This document shows positions 25,319-35,334 of a stretch of DNA of 40,323 nt, piece by piece. The first letter of the stretch is position 1; each line of letters begins with the position of its first letter. This DNA comes from a virus. Its lineage: Duplodnaviria > Heunggongvirae > Uroviricota > Caudoviricetes. The notes beneath the pieces are model-generated. The model did no database searches. It was not told the origin of the DNA and saw only the letters and a program-made list of their open reading frames with translations. The stretch lies in IMG/VR virus record IMGVR_UViG_2695420876_000014. One strand, 5' to 3'. Made by a program: the position numbers and the translations under genes.

Positions 25319-26212
25319 ATGGACCAGATGGCAGAAAACACACCAGAAGTTGAAATCGAAACCGATGCGTCAGAGCAGATTCCTGATGATGTCGAACTGG
25401 CTGAAGAAGTCGAAACAGAAGATGGCAGTGAGTCCTCCGGCAATGATGCAGAGGAAGCTACTGAAACTGATGGCGACGAATCAGAACAGGAATTCTACTT
25501 TGGTGACGAAAAGCTGGATTCGCCAACCAGCGAAGATGGCGCAGAGCATGGACTGGTAAAACACCTGCGCAAGACGATTAAAGAGAAAGACCGCGAGCTG
25601 AAAGAGCTGATGCGTCAGTCTCAGAAACCCGTCGAGCAGCAGCCGGTAATAACTCAACCACCGCGAATGCCAAAACTGGATGATGAGGACATCGGTTTCG
25701 ATGAAGAAATCTACCAGCAACGCATGGCTAAGTGGGCAGAGGATAACGGCAAGTACCAGCAACAGGAGATGGCTCGCAAGCAGAAGGAGCAGGAGCTTCA
25801 GGCTGCCTATCAAGAGCGATTATCCAAATATCAGCAACGTGTTAAGGCTCTCAAAGTTCCTGGCTATCAGGAAGCAGAACAGGCCGTACTCGAGGAAATC
25901 CCCATCGAGACACAAAACGCGATCCTGTTTGAGTCAGAGAAGCCGGAAATCGTTGTTCTGGCGCTCGGTCGCAACGCTGAACTGCGCAAGCAACTGGCAG
26001 AAGCTACCAACCCCGTAGCAATTGGTCGTCTGCTGGAACGTATCGAATCGAAGGCCAGAGTCATGCCAAAAGCAAAAACCACGGCAGCCACAACCCCGAC
26101 AGTTAAGGGGAGCAACGGCGCAGTAATCAACAACCTCGGCAAATTGAAAGCCAAGGCGCTGGAAACTGGTGACTGGACGCCGTATTTCGCCGCTAAAAAG
26201 GCAAAAAAATAA
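25319..26212 (+). CDS. scaffolding protein (P22 gp8-like)
   Basis: 297 aa, acidic N-terminus and highly charged helical body; between portal and coat. Confidence 0.7.
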   Translation: MDQMAENTPEVEIETDASEQIPDDVELAEEVETEDGSESSGNDAEEATETDGDESEQEFYFGDEKLDSPTSEDGAEHGLVKHLRKTIKEKDRELKELMRQSQKPVEQQPVITQPPRMPKLDDEDIGFDEEIYQQRMAKWAEDNGKYQQQEMARKQKEQELQAAYQERLSKYQQRVKALKVPGYQEAEQAVLEEIPIETQNAILFESEKPEIVVLALGRNAELRKQLAEATNPVAIGRLLERIESKARVMPKAKTTAATTPTVKGSNGAVINNLGKLKAKALETGDWTPYFAAKKAKK

Positions 26213-26230
26213 CCTATCGGAGCATTAAAC

Positions 26231-27484
26231 ATGGCTAACCAATTAGCAAAAGACCTTGAAATCATGTTCGAAAACTACGTTGAAGGCTTTGAGGCCGCCT
26301 GCGTAGTTTCCCGTAACGCTAAAAAATTCCGTCCCGGTGATACAGCAATGCAGCGAGCAGGTGATGTTCTGTATCGTCCGCAGCATTACCACATGAACAT
26401 TGAGGAAGGCCTAGACCTCAGCGGCAAAACGCCAACAGCACTGGTTCAGCGCCTTGTTCCTTCTGTGTTCAAGGAGCCGAAAAACATTCTGTACACTCTG
26501 GATGCGCGTGAAATGCGTGACCCGGAACATAAAACTGAAGCTGGTCGCGCCGCAGGTATGCGCCTTGCTGCACAGATTGACTCTGACCTGATTTCCATGG
26601 TCACGCAGCGTGCTACTAACGTGATCACAATGGCTGACTCAACCACTGGTTCACAGGGTCGTGATTTGTGGAACTGTGCGGCAGGTATTGATGCCACCAT
26701 GACGGCGATTGGTGTACCACAGGGTATCAACCGCCGCTCTTTCTGGAACCCCTTCAACTACAAAGACCTTGCTGGCGAGCTTGGTCACCGTGCCTATGCT
26801 CAGGGCGCAACCCTGACAGCATACGAAAAAGCGCAGATCCCTCCGGTTGCGTCCTTCGATAGCTACAAGACCGATATTTCTGGTCGTGTTCCGAAGGGTA
26901 CAGCAACTTCCATTACGCTGGCAGCAGCACCTGCGCACAAGGTTGAAGCGAAAGATGCTAACGAAATGCCAGTGGATAACCGACAGGGGACCATTACGGT
27001 ATCTGCTGAAGGTTTGCAGGTTGGCGATGCGTTTACCATCGCAGGGGTGAATTCCGTACACCAGATCACCAAAGATACCACCGGGCAGCCGCAGGTATTC
27101 CGCGTTCTGGCAGTTAGCGGAACGACAGTAACTATCTCCCCGAAAATTCTGCCGCCTGACAACGCGGATGTCGCCAGCCGTCCATATGCAAACGTTGATG
27201 CTAATGCGGCAAGTAGCGCAGCAATCACCATTCTCAACAAAAATGCCGCACCGGCTAACCTGTTCTGGGCTGATGGTTCTGTTGAACTGATGTACGGCAA
27301 ACTGGCGTTCCCGACTGGTCAGGGTCCACAGGTAATGACAGCAACCACCGAGCAGGGCGCTACGCTGATCATGTCTTACGCCTTCGACCACATCAAAGGC
27401 GTAACCACTGCGCGTTTCACCACTCTGTACGGTTGCTCTGTACTGGTTCCTGAATATACGGGCATCGTTATTGCCGGGCAGTAA
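26231..27484 (+). CDS. major capsid (coat) protein (P22 gp5-like)
   Basis: 417 aa in the coat position; followed by a strong terminator. Confidence 0.82.
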   Translation: MANQLAKDLEIMFENYVEGFEAACVVSRNAKKFRPGDTAMQRAGDVLYRPQHYHMNIEEGLDLSGKTPTALVQRLVPSVFKEPKNILYTLDAREMRDPEHKTEAGRAAGMRLAAQIDSDLISMVTQRATNVITMADSTTGSQGRDLWNCAAGIDATMTAIGVPQGINRRSFWNPFNYKDLAGELGHRAYAQGATLTAYEKAQIPPVASFDSYKTDISGRVPKGTATSITLAAAPAHKVEAKDANEMPVDNRQGTITVSAEGLQVGDAFTIAGVNSVHQITKDTTGQPQVFRVLAVSGTTVTISPKILPPDNADVASRPYANVDANAASSAAITILNKNAAPANLFWADGSVELMYGKLAFPTGQGPQVMTATTEQGATLIMSYAFDHIKGVTTARFTTLYGCSVLVPEYTGIVIAGQ

Positions 27485-27490
27485 TTTAGG

Positions 27491-27514
27491 TGGGGCTTCG
27501 GCCCCATTTTTATT
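27491..27514 (+). terminator. rho-independent terminator after the coat gene
   Basis: tggggcttcggcccca hairpin followed by tttttatt. Confidence 0.8.
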
Positions 27515-27525
27515 GGGAGAAGACA

Positions 27526-27714
27526 ATGGCACGAACAATGCTCTATAAGCCGGGCAACATGATCACCTGTGGTCAGTTTGCTGTCGATTACATCATTGTT
27601 GATGACGAAGAAGTTAAATCTCACCTGAAAAAAGGCTGGGTAAAAACTCCTGAAGAAACCGCAACGAAGCAAAAAGTGGCTAAGGCGGAAGAAGATGGCG
27701 AAAACGAAGGGTGA
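27526..27714 (+). CDS. hypothetical small virion-module protein
   Basis: Track ORF 27490..27714 trimmed to MARTMLYKPG... (SD gggaga), placing the start after the terminator. Confidence 0.45.
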   Translation: MARTMLYKPGNMITCGQFAVDYIIVDDEEVKSHLKKGWVKTPEETATKQKVAKAEEDGENEG

Positions 27715-28156
27715 TCTCGTTCTTAAGGCTTTACGAAAAGCCGGGCTGTATTCCAATGCCACGTTGACAGATGCTGACCCTCAGGCAATTGAAGATGCCA
27801 TTAATGACCTCGAAGACATGATGGCAGCATGGCAGGCAAAAGGTATCGAGCTTGGGTATCAGTTTGCTGATACAGAAAACGGCATCATGCCGTTACCTGA
27901 CGATGATTCAGGTATCCCTGCATGGGCAAATGATGGCGTCGCTTTGAAACTCGCTGTGCAAGTGTGCATGGATAACGTCATTCAGCCGTCAGACGCTCTC
28001 CTTACCGCTGCTGACAGTGCATATCAGACAATCTGTATCGCTTTAACCAAAATACCACCACTTGAGCGGAGAAATGACATGCCTCGCGGTAGTGGTAACA
28101 AAAGCGCGTTTACGTGGAATCGGTTTTACATCGAGAAAGATGATCCGAGTACGTGA
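27695..28156 (+). CDS. head-to-tail adaptor (P22 gp4-like)
   Basis: 153 aa in the gp4 position; assigned by gene order. Confidence 0.55.
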   Translation: MAKTKGDLVLKALRKAGLYSNATLTDADPQAIEDAINDLEDMMAAWQAKGIELGYQFADTENGIMPLPDDDSGIPAWANDGVALKLAVQVCMDNVIQPSDALLTAADSAYQTICIALTKIPPLERRNDMPRGSGNKSAFTWNRFYIEKDDPST

Positions 28157-28165
28157 GGTGAATAA

Positions 28166-29584
28166 ATGCCGATTCAGCAACTTCCGCTTATGAAAGGTGT
28201 CGGCAAAGACTTTCGAAACGCCGACTATATCGACTATCTGCCAGTGAATATGTTGGCAACCCCCAAAGAAATCCTGAACAGCAGCGGATATCTTCGCTCA
28301 TTCCCGGGCATTGCCAAACGCTCTGATGTGAACGGTGTATCGCGCGGCGTCGAGTACAACATGGCGCAGAATGCTGTTTATCGTGTGTGTGGCGGCAAGC
28401 TCTACAAAGGCGAAAGCGAAGTCGGTGACGTCGCCGGAAGTGGTCGTGTATCAATGGCGCATGATCGGACATCACAGGCGGTAGGTGTTAATGGTCAACT
28501 GGTCGAGTATCGCTATGATGGCACGGTTAAAACAGTCTCAAACTGGCCTGCGGACAGCGGATTCACGCAGTATGAGTTAGGTTCGGTCCGTGACATTACG
28601 CGCTTACGTGGGCGTTATGCGTGGTCAAAAGACGGAACTGATTCATGGTTTATCACTGACCTTGAAGACGAATCGCATCCTGACCGTTACAGCGCACAAT
28701 ATCGCGCAGAATCGCAGCCGGACGGCATCATCGGTATCGGCACATGGCGAGACTTCATAGTCTGCTTTGGTTCGTCGACGATTGAATATTTCTCCCTGAC
28801 TGGTGCAACCACAGTTGGTGCTGCTTTGTATGTCGCACAGCCATCACTGATGGTGCAAAAAGGCATTGCCGGGACTTACTGCAAAACGCCGTTTGCTGAC
28901 TCGTATGCGTTCATCAGCAATCCGGCAACAGGTGCGCCGTCTGTATATATCATCGGCTCCGGTCAGGTATCACCAATCGCCAGCGCGAGCATTGAGAAAA
29001 TCCTCCGCTCCTACACTGCTGATGAACTGGCTGATGGCGTGATGGAGTCTCTGAGATTTGATGCGCATGAGTTGCTGATTATCCATCTTCCGCGCCACGT
29101 CCTCGTGTACGACGCATCTTCAAGCGCCAATGGTCCGCAATGGTGTGTGTTGAAAACTGGCTTGTATGACGATGTGTACCGCGCTATCGACTTCATTTAC
29201 GAAGGCAATCAGATAACGTGCGGCGATAAGCTGGAGTCCATGACCGGGAAATTGCAATTCGACATCAGCAGCCAGTACGACAAGCAACAGGAACATCTGC
29301 TGTTTACTCCTCTGTTCAAAGCGGATAACGCCAGAGTGTTCGACCTTGAAGTTGAATCGTCAACTGGAGTTGCGCAGTACGCTGACCGCCTTTTTCTCTC
29401 TGCAACCACTGACGGCATCAATTACGGGCGTGAGCAGATGATTGAGCAGAATGAACCGTTCGTTTACGACAAACGCGTTTTGTGGAAGCGTGTCGGGCGA
29501 ATAAGGAAAAATGTCGGCTTCAAATTGCGCGTTATCACTAAGTCACCTGTCACTCTCTCAGGCTGCCAGATAAGGATTGAGTAA
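28166..29584 (+). CDS. tail hub protein (P22 gp10-like)
   Basis: 472 aa, the same length as P22 gp10, in the corresponding position. Confidence 0.65.
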   Translation: MPIQQLPLMKGVGKDFRNADYIDYLPVNMLATPKEILNSSGYLRSFPGIAKRSDVNGVSRGVEYNMAQNAVYRVCGGKLYKGESEVGDVAGSGRVSMAHDRTSQAVGVNGQLVEYRYDGTVKTVSNWPADSGFTQYELGSVRDITRLRGRYAWSKDGTDSWFITDLEDESHPDRYSAQYRAESQPDGIIGIGTWRDFIVCFGSSTIEYFSLTGATTVGAALYVAQPSLMVQKGIAGTYCKTPFADSYAFISNPATGAPSVYIIGSGQVSPIASASIEKILRSYTADELADGVMESLRFDAHELLIIHLPRHVLVYDASSSANGPQWCVLKTGLYDDVYRAIDFIYEGNQITCGDKLESMTGKLQFDISSQYDKQQEHLLFTPLFKADNARVFDLEVESSTGVAQYADRLFLSATTDGINYGREQMIEQNEPFVYDKRVLWKRVGRIRKNVGFKLRVITKSPVTLSGCQIRIE

Positions 29585-30285
29585 TGGCGGATTCGAATCT
29601 CAATGTGCCGGTAATCATTCAGGCTACACGGCTCGACACATCAGTCCTTCCACGCAATATCTTCTCGCAGTCGTATCTGCTTTACGTTATCGCACAGGGC
29701 ACTGATGTTGGTAACGTGGCTAACAAGGCCAACGAGGCCGGACAGGGCGCTTACGATGCTCAGGTGAAAAACGATGAACAGGATGTCGAACTGGCTGACC
29801 ACGATGCAAGAATCACCGCAAACACAAAAGCGATAAATCTCCTTGAGGTCAGGTTAACAACCGCCGAAGGGAAGATAGTCGTACTGCGTAGCGATGTTGA
29901 TTACTTGCTGGATGAGGTTATCGATATTCAGGCGCATCTGGTCACTGTTGACCAAAGACTGGATGGCGTAGAAAGCGATGTATCTGACATTAAGAGTGAT
30001 TACGTATCGAAAACCGTAACCGAATCGCAGTCTCTTGCGTCACCGCTGGATGTAAAAACATCATATTCAGTTGATGGAATTCAGGTTGTTGGAGCAAGAA
30101 ATACCGGATGGACTGCAGCCACAGGTACACCTCTTCTTGGCTCATTCAACGCTAACCAGTCATACACGGTCGGCACTACGTACACACAATCCGAAGTCGC
30201 GGCTCTCGCTACAGGTTTGCAGCAGGCGCGGCAGCGTATTCTGGCGCTTGAAACAGCACTTAGATTACATGGGCTGATTGACTGA
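29584..30285 (+). CDS. tail needle (P22 gp26-like)
   Basis: 233 aa; [43 protein letters not shown]... and C-terminus ...[35 protein letters not shown] recognised as gp26-like. Confidence 0.85.
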   Translation: MADSNLNVPVIIQATRLDTSVLPRNIFSQSYLLYVIAQGTDVGNVANKANEAGQGAYDAQVKNDEQDVELADHDARITANTKAINLLEVRLTTAEGKIVVLRSDVDYLLDEVIDIQAHLVTVDQRLDGVESDVSDIKSDYVSKTVTESQSLASPLDVKTSYSVDGIQVVGARNTGWTAATGTPLLGSFNANQSYTVGTTYTQSEVAALATGLQQARQRILALETALRLHGLID

Positions 30286-30740
30286 TGATTACATTCAAAC
30301 CAACGCGAAACATCGACCTGATCGAAGCAGTCGGAAATCACCCTGACATTATTGCCGGGAGCAACAACGGTGATGGATACGACTACAAACCTGAATGCCG
30401 TTACTTTGAGGTGAACGTGCACGGGCAGTTCGGCGGCATTGTTTACTATCAGGAGATTCAGCCGCTGACATTCGATTGCCACGCCATGTACCTGCCAGAG
30501 ATTCGCGGCTTCAGCAAGGAAATCGGTCTGGCGTTCTGGCGATACATTCTGACTAACACCACCGTTCAGTGCGTCACATCGTTCGCTGCACGTAAATTCC
30601 GCCACGGTCAGATGTACTGCGCAATGATTGGCCTTAAGCGTGTAGGAACCATCAAGAAATACTTCAAAGGCGTGGATGACGTGACGTTTTACAGCGCAAC
30701 ACGCGAAGAACTAATCGACTTCCTGAATCACGGGAGATAG
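30285..30740 (+). CDS. gp14-like virion protein
   Basis: 151 aa; assigned by position between the needle and ejection genes. Confidence 0.45.
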   Translation: MITFKPTRNIDLIEAVGNHPDIIAGSNNGDGYDYKPECRYFEVNVHGQFGGIVYYQEIQPLTFDCHAMYLPEIRGFSKEIGLAFWRYILTNTTVQCVTSFAARKFRHGQMYCAMIGLKRVGTIKKYFKGVDDVTFYSATREELIDFLNHGR

Positions 30741-30742
30741 CC

Positions 30743-31435
30743 ATGTTATATGCATTTAAGCTGGGCAGAAAACTGCGCGGAGAGGAACCTTATTGCCCTG
30801 AAAAAGTCGGGAAAGGTGGCAGTTCTGATAAAAGCGCAAAGTATGCCGCAGAAGCTCAGAAGTATGCCGCAGACCTGCAAAATCAGCAGTGGCAGACGAT
30901 CATGAAAAACCTTGCTCCGTTCACGCCGCTTGCGGAGCAGTATGTTAACCAGCTTCAGAATCTTTCCAGTTTAGAAGGTCAGGGGCAGGCACTTAATCAG
31001 TATTACAACTCTCAGCAGTATAAAGACCTTGCAGGTCAGGCTCGTTACCAGAGTCTTGCTGCTGCGGAGGCGACGGGTGGACTTGGTTCGACAGCCACAA
31101 GCAATCAACTGGCTACGATCGCGCCGACTCTCGGTCAGTCTTGGTTATCAAACCAGATGAGCAATTACAACAATCTGGCAAACGTTGGGCTTGGTGCGCT
31201 GCAAGGTCAGGCAAACGCCGGGCAGACGTACGCCAACAACATGAGCAGCATTGCACAGCAAAGCGCAGCTCTTGCCGCTGCTAATGCCAATAAACCATCA
31301 GGCCTTCAGACAGCAATTAGCGGCGGAACGTCAGGTGCGATTGCCGGTGCAGGTCTTGCCAGCCTTTTGGGAACATCAACGCCTTGGGGCGCTGGCATTG
31401 GTGCTGGTATCGGATTGCTTGGCTCGTTGTTTTAA
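30743..31435 (+). CDS. ejection protein (P22 gp7-like)
   Basis: 230 aa (P22 gp7 is ~229 aa); Gln/Ala/Gly-rich low-complexity sequence. Confidence 0.55.
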   Translation: MLYAFKLGRKLRGEEPYCPEKVGKGGSSDKSAKYAAEAQKYAADLQNQQWQTIMKNLAPFTPLAEQYVNQLQNLSSLEGQGQALNQYYNSQQYKDLAGQARYQSLAAAEATGGLGSTATSNQLATIAPTLGQSWLSNQMSNYNNLANVGLGALQGQANAGQTYANNMSSIAQQSAALAAANANKPSGLQTAISGGTSGAIAGAGLASLLGTSTPWGAGIGAGIGLLGSLF

Positions 31436-31444
31436 GGGGTAATC

Positions 31445-32776
31445 ATGGCTACTTGGCAAGGAACAAACGGCGGATTGTTGGCTGGTATCGGCGGCGTCAA
31501 CTCAAACGCTCCGAGCGTAAATGACATCGGCAATACGCTTCAGCTTATCAGGCAGAACAATGATATTGAGCGTTCAGGCGCTAACAATGTTGGGCTGACT
31601 GCTTTGCAAGGCCTTTCAGGTATTGCAGGGGTGTTTCAGCAGGAAAAGCAGGCTCAGCGGCAGAAAGAATTTCAGCAGGCGTACGCTAATGCTTATGCGT
31701 CTGGTGATCGCGGTGCTTTGCGTCAGTTGGCTACTCAATATCCAGACCAGATTGAATCTGTTCGCAAAGGCATGGGATTCATTGATGAAGACCAGCGCAA
31801 TTCTATCGGCACCTTAGCTGCTGGCGCACGCCTTGCTGCCTCGTCTCCAGAAGCAATGCAATCATGGCTGCAAAACAACGCCGGTGAGTTAGCTCGTGTT
31901 GGCGTTAATCCTCAGGACGTCGCTCAGATGTACCAACAGAACCCGCGGCAGTTCGGCGAATTTGTCGATCACCTGGGGATGAACAGTCTCGGACCCGAAA
32001 AATACTTTGACCTACAGGATAAAATGCAGGGTCGCCAGGTTACCATGCGCGGTCAGGACCTGGATTCGCAAACCGCCGCTCGGAATCAGGCAATCACAAT
32101 GCGCGGACAAGATATCCAGGCGAATTTAGGTCAGCAGCGCATTAATCTGGACGCAGAAACAAACCGCATTAACAACGAAAATAAGCGCCTTGACCGGATG
32201 CTATCTGCAGAAACTAACGACCTGAAGCGCCAGGAAATACAGAGCCGCATAGCAGCCAACAACCAGCAGTTGCAGCAGAAGCAGCAAGCGCTAAATGATG
32301 GCTACAAAGACGGCATCAACACCCTCACAACCAGCATGTTCACTCTGAACGATATCGTTAGTTCTCCTTCACTTAAGAGCATTACAGGCTTACGTGGAGT
32401 AATCCCCAACGTTCCAGGCTCACAGGCTGCAGACACTCAGGCACGACTTGATACCTTTAAATCACAAGCATACCTGACAGCGGTTCAGGCCATGCGAGGC
32501 ATGGGCGCACTTTCTGATGCCGAGGGCAAAAAGCTCGACCAGGCTGTTGGTTCGCTGCAGAACTCGCAGAGCGAGGAGTCCTTTCGTCGCAACGCTGGCG
32601 TCATCCTGAACACGCTCAACCAGAAGCGTAATGAGGCGGTTGGTAAGTACGTTCAGCAAAACGGTATCAAGCGAGTGGAAGCGCCTCAGGCTTCTATAGA
32701 TTACCTGAAGCAGCACCCAGAGTTGTCAATCGACTTCATTAATCGCTACGGATATCTTCCATCTTTGGGGCAGTAA
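31445..32776 (+). CDS. ejection protein (P22 gp20-like)
   Basis: 443 aa in the gp20 position; assigned by order and size. Confidence 0.55.
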   Translation: MATWQGTNGGLLAGIGGVNSNAPSVNDIGNTLQLIRQNNDIERSGANNVGLTALQGLSGIAGVFQQEKQAQRQKEFQQAYANAYASGDRGALRQLATQYPDQIESVRKGMGFIDEDQRNSIGTLAAGARLAASSPEAMQSWLQNNAGELARVGVNPQDVAQMYQQNPRQFGEFVDHLGMNSLGPEKYFDLQDKMQGRQVTMRGQDLDSQTAARNQAITMRGQDIQANLGQQRINLDAETNRINNENKRLDRMLSAETNDLKRQEIQSRIAANNQQLQQKQQALNDGYKDGINTLTTSMFTLNDIVSSPSLKSITGLRGVIPNVPGSQAADTQARLDTFKSQAYLTAVQAMRGMGALSDAEGKKLDQAVGSLQNSQSEESFRRNAGVILNTLNQKRNEAVGKYVQQNGIKRVEAPQASIDYLKQHPELSIDFINRYGYLPSLGQ

Positions 32777-35170
32777 ATGGCTAATTACCGTGATTTGTTA
32801 GAGCAGGCTGGCGCACGTTACGGTGTGCCAGAAGGGTTGATGACTGCACTTGGTGCCAAGGAGTCTTCTTACAACCCTGCCGCAGTAAGCTCCGCCGGGG
32901 CTGTAGGATTGACTCAGGTCATGCCTGGGACATGGCGTGATATGGGTTATACCGATGAGCAAATGCAAAACCCCGAATATCAGGCTGACGCTGGCGCGCG
33001 CTATCTGGCAAAGATGTACCAGCAGTTTGGTAACTGGCGTGACGCTCTTCAGGCTTATCACGACGGTCCCGGCAACGTTATGAAGGCAAAGCGTGGTGAA
33101 TATACGCCAGGACCTGAAGGCCGCGGTTACGTTGATGATCGCTTTGCTCAATGGGCGGGTGACCCGGTGACAGACTCAACAGTCGAACAGCGCGCCACCT
33201 CCGCAAAGGTACATCCTCAGCAAGACCCTAACAACCCGTTTGCACAACTGGAAGCACAGTCATCCGAACAAGTATCGGCATCAGGCGTGCAGTCAGACCC
33301 AAATAATCCATTTGCTCAGATTGAGCAGCAGGCAGCCAGTCAGCAGCCACCTCAACCCGTAAGTTCTGTCGCACCGAAACCTGTTCAGCAGCAAGGCGGA
33401 ATAATGTCTGACCTTGGTAATGGACTTGCTGAAACCGGGCGCGGCTTACTACAGGCAGGAATCAACGTAGCGAACATACCCGCTGAACTCACTGATGCTG
33501 TAACAAGCGCGGCGGCTTGGGCTGGCGGTAAACTCGGCATTGGCGATGGTACATATCAACCAGCACCACGAGTAACAACGCAGGGATTAGAGCGGGACTT
33601 TGGCCTTCAGCAAGGCGCGCTGACTCCACAAACGACAGAGGGCAGGGTATTTGCTGAGGCATTGCCTTATCTCACTCCTGCTGGCGTTGAGAGAGCGGCA
33701 GCACAGGCACCAACACTTGCTGGTCGAATTGCTCAGGGGGCAACTCGCCTTCTAGCAGAAAACGCAGTTGGATCACTTGCTGCAAATAGTGCGAAAGATG
33801 ATGCGGAAGCACTCGCCACCGATTTAGGCGTTGGTGTGCTGGCTGGCGGCGCTATTAACGCAGCTGGACGTGGATTAGGTGCTGCTTATCGTGGCGTTCG
33901 TGGTGCTATCACGCCAGAAGCGCAGCAGGCTATCAGATTTGCAGAGCGTGAAGGAGTTCCTCTGCACACCACAGACCTGTTACAACCCACTTCCCGCGTC
34001 GGAAAAATGGCGCAGACTACAGCAGAAAATATCCCTCTGGCTGGCACAAGCGGAATGAGAGCAACGCAACAGGAAGCGAGAAGCCAGTTGGTGCAGAGAT
34101 TTGCTGATAAATTCGGCGAGTATGATCCAGCGGTTATTATTGACAGCCTTAAAGCGAAAACATCAGGAATTCGTCGCGCTGCAGGGAACCGTCTTGAGCA
34201 GGTTCAGAATGCAATGGCGGGAGTCAATATCCTGCCTGCGCGAGCAATTCAGCAGATTGATACCGAGATATCTAATCTGCAGAAGCTTGGTAAGGTCGCT
34301 GATAACGAGACTATTTCAAAACTTCAGTCATATCGTGATGAGCTTGTTCGCAATGCTGGCCCTGATGGTCCGGTAAATCTTGATTTGAAGCAATTAAGCG
34401 ATCTGCGCAGCCAGTTCAGAATGGACGTGAAGGGGGAACGACCAGTGTTACCAAACCGTTCCGATGCTGCCATTCAGCGCGTTTACAAGGCGATGACAGA
34501 CGATATCAATGGTGCCATTGGTCAGAATCTTGGTAACGATACTCTCCGTAAATATCAGCAGGCCAATGCCGTCTACGCTGACGAAGCGGCGAAACTAAAG
34601 AATACCAGGCTGAAGAATGTTCTCATGAAAGGCGACCTGACGCCGGAAGTTGTCAACAACATGCTATTCAGCAAGAACAAATCGGAAATTAAGACGCTGT
34701 ATAACTCAGTTGGTCGTGTTGGCAGGGCGCAAATGCGCAATGGCATCATTGGAAAGGCGATGGAGAAATCAGGGGGTTCACCTGACCAGTTCCTTCGACA
34801 GCTTAACATCCTGCAAAACCAGACTGGCATCACATTTAAGGGGCAGGACGCTGCTTATCTGAAAGGATTGAAAAATTACCTGCAATCCACGCAGCAGGCT
34901 GCAAAAGCGGCAGTAACAACACCAACAGGGCAGCAAACCATCCCGTTCATTATCGGGTATGGGACGGCAATGAACCCGGCGACAACTGGCGCAGCAGTAA
35001 GCTACGGACTTCTTACTCGCGCCTATGAGAGCGAACCATTCAGAAATGCAATGCTCCGAATGGCAAACACCCCACGCGGATCAACAGACTTTGAGAAAGC
35101 AATGCAGCAGGCACAAAAGGCAATTAACGCTCTGACGCAGGGGGCTAAGTCTGATGCGTTGTCAGAATAG
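32777..35170 (+). CDS. ejection protein (gp16 position) with an N-terminal lytic transglycosylase domain
   Basis: 797 aa; N-terminus ...LGAKESSYNPAAVSSAGAVGLTQVMPGTWRDMGY...AYHDGPGN matches the catalytic Glu-Ser and downstream motifs of SLT domains. Confidence 0.7.
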   Translation: MANYRDLLEQAGARYGVPEGLMTALGAKESSYNPAAVSSAGAVGLTQVMPGTWRDMGYTDEQMQNPEYQADAGARYLAKMYQQFGNWRDALQAYHDGPGNVMKAKRGEYTPGPEGRGYVDDRFAQWAGDPVTDSTVEQRATSAKVHPQQDPNNPFAQLEAQSSEQVSASGVQSDPNNPFAQIEQQAASQQPPQPVSSVAPKPVQQQGGIMSDLGNGLAETGRGLLQAGINVANIPAELTDAVTSAAAWAGGKLGIGDGTYQPAPRVTTQGLERDFGLQQGALTPQTTEGRVFAEALPYLTPAGVERAAAQAPTLAGRIAQGATRLLAENAVGSLAANSAKDDAEALATDLGVGVLAGGAINAAGRGLGAAYRGVRGAITPEAQQAIRFAEREGVPLHTTDLLQPTSRVGKMAQTTAENIPLAGTSGMRATQQEARSQLVQRFADKFGEYDPAVIIDSLKAKTSGIRRAAGNRLEQVQNAMAGVNILPARAIQQIDTEISNLQKLGKVADNETISKLQSYRDELVRNAGPDGPVNLDLKQLSDLRSQFRMDVKGERPVLPNRSDAAIQRVYKAMTDDINGAIGQNLGNDTLRKYQQANAVYADEAAKLKNTRLKNVLMKGDLTPEVVNNMLFSKNKSEIKTLYNSVGRVGRAQMRNGIIGKAMEKSGGSPDQFLRQLNILQNQTGITFKGQDAAYLKGLKNYLQSTQQAAKAAVTTPTGQQTIPFIIGYGTAMNPATTGAAVSYGLLTRAYESEPFRNAMLRMANTPRGSTDFEKAMQQAQKAINALTQGAKSDALSE

Positions 35171-35334
35171 CTTTTCAAACACCAGGAACGTGCAAAAACC
35201 AAATATGTAGAACGCAATATTCAACAGATCTCTTTGCATAGACTCATCTCATAATTAACAAATCATAACTGACATTAGTGCAATGCTGGGCAAGTTGCAT
35301 CTTGTCAGGCATTGCTACGTCCGGAGCAAATTAA

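Noticed and set aside
26446-27762. Minus-strand ORFs (including 26651-27538, 295 aa) antisense to the coat gene and the genes that follow it
   Set aside because: Antisense to a strongly supported structural gene; composition typical of out-of-frame translation.
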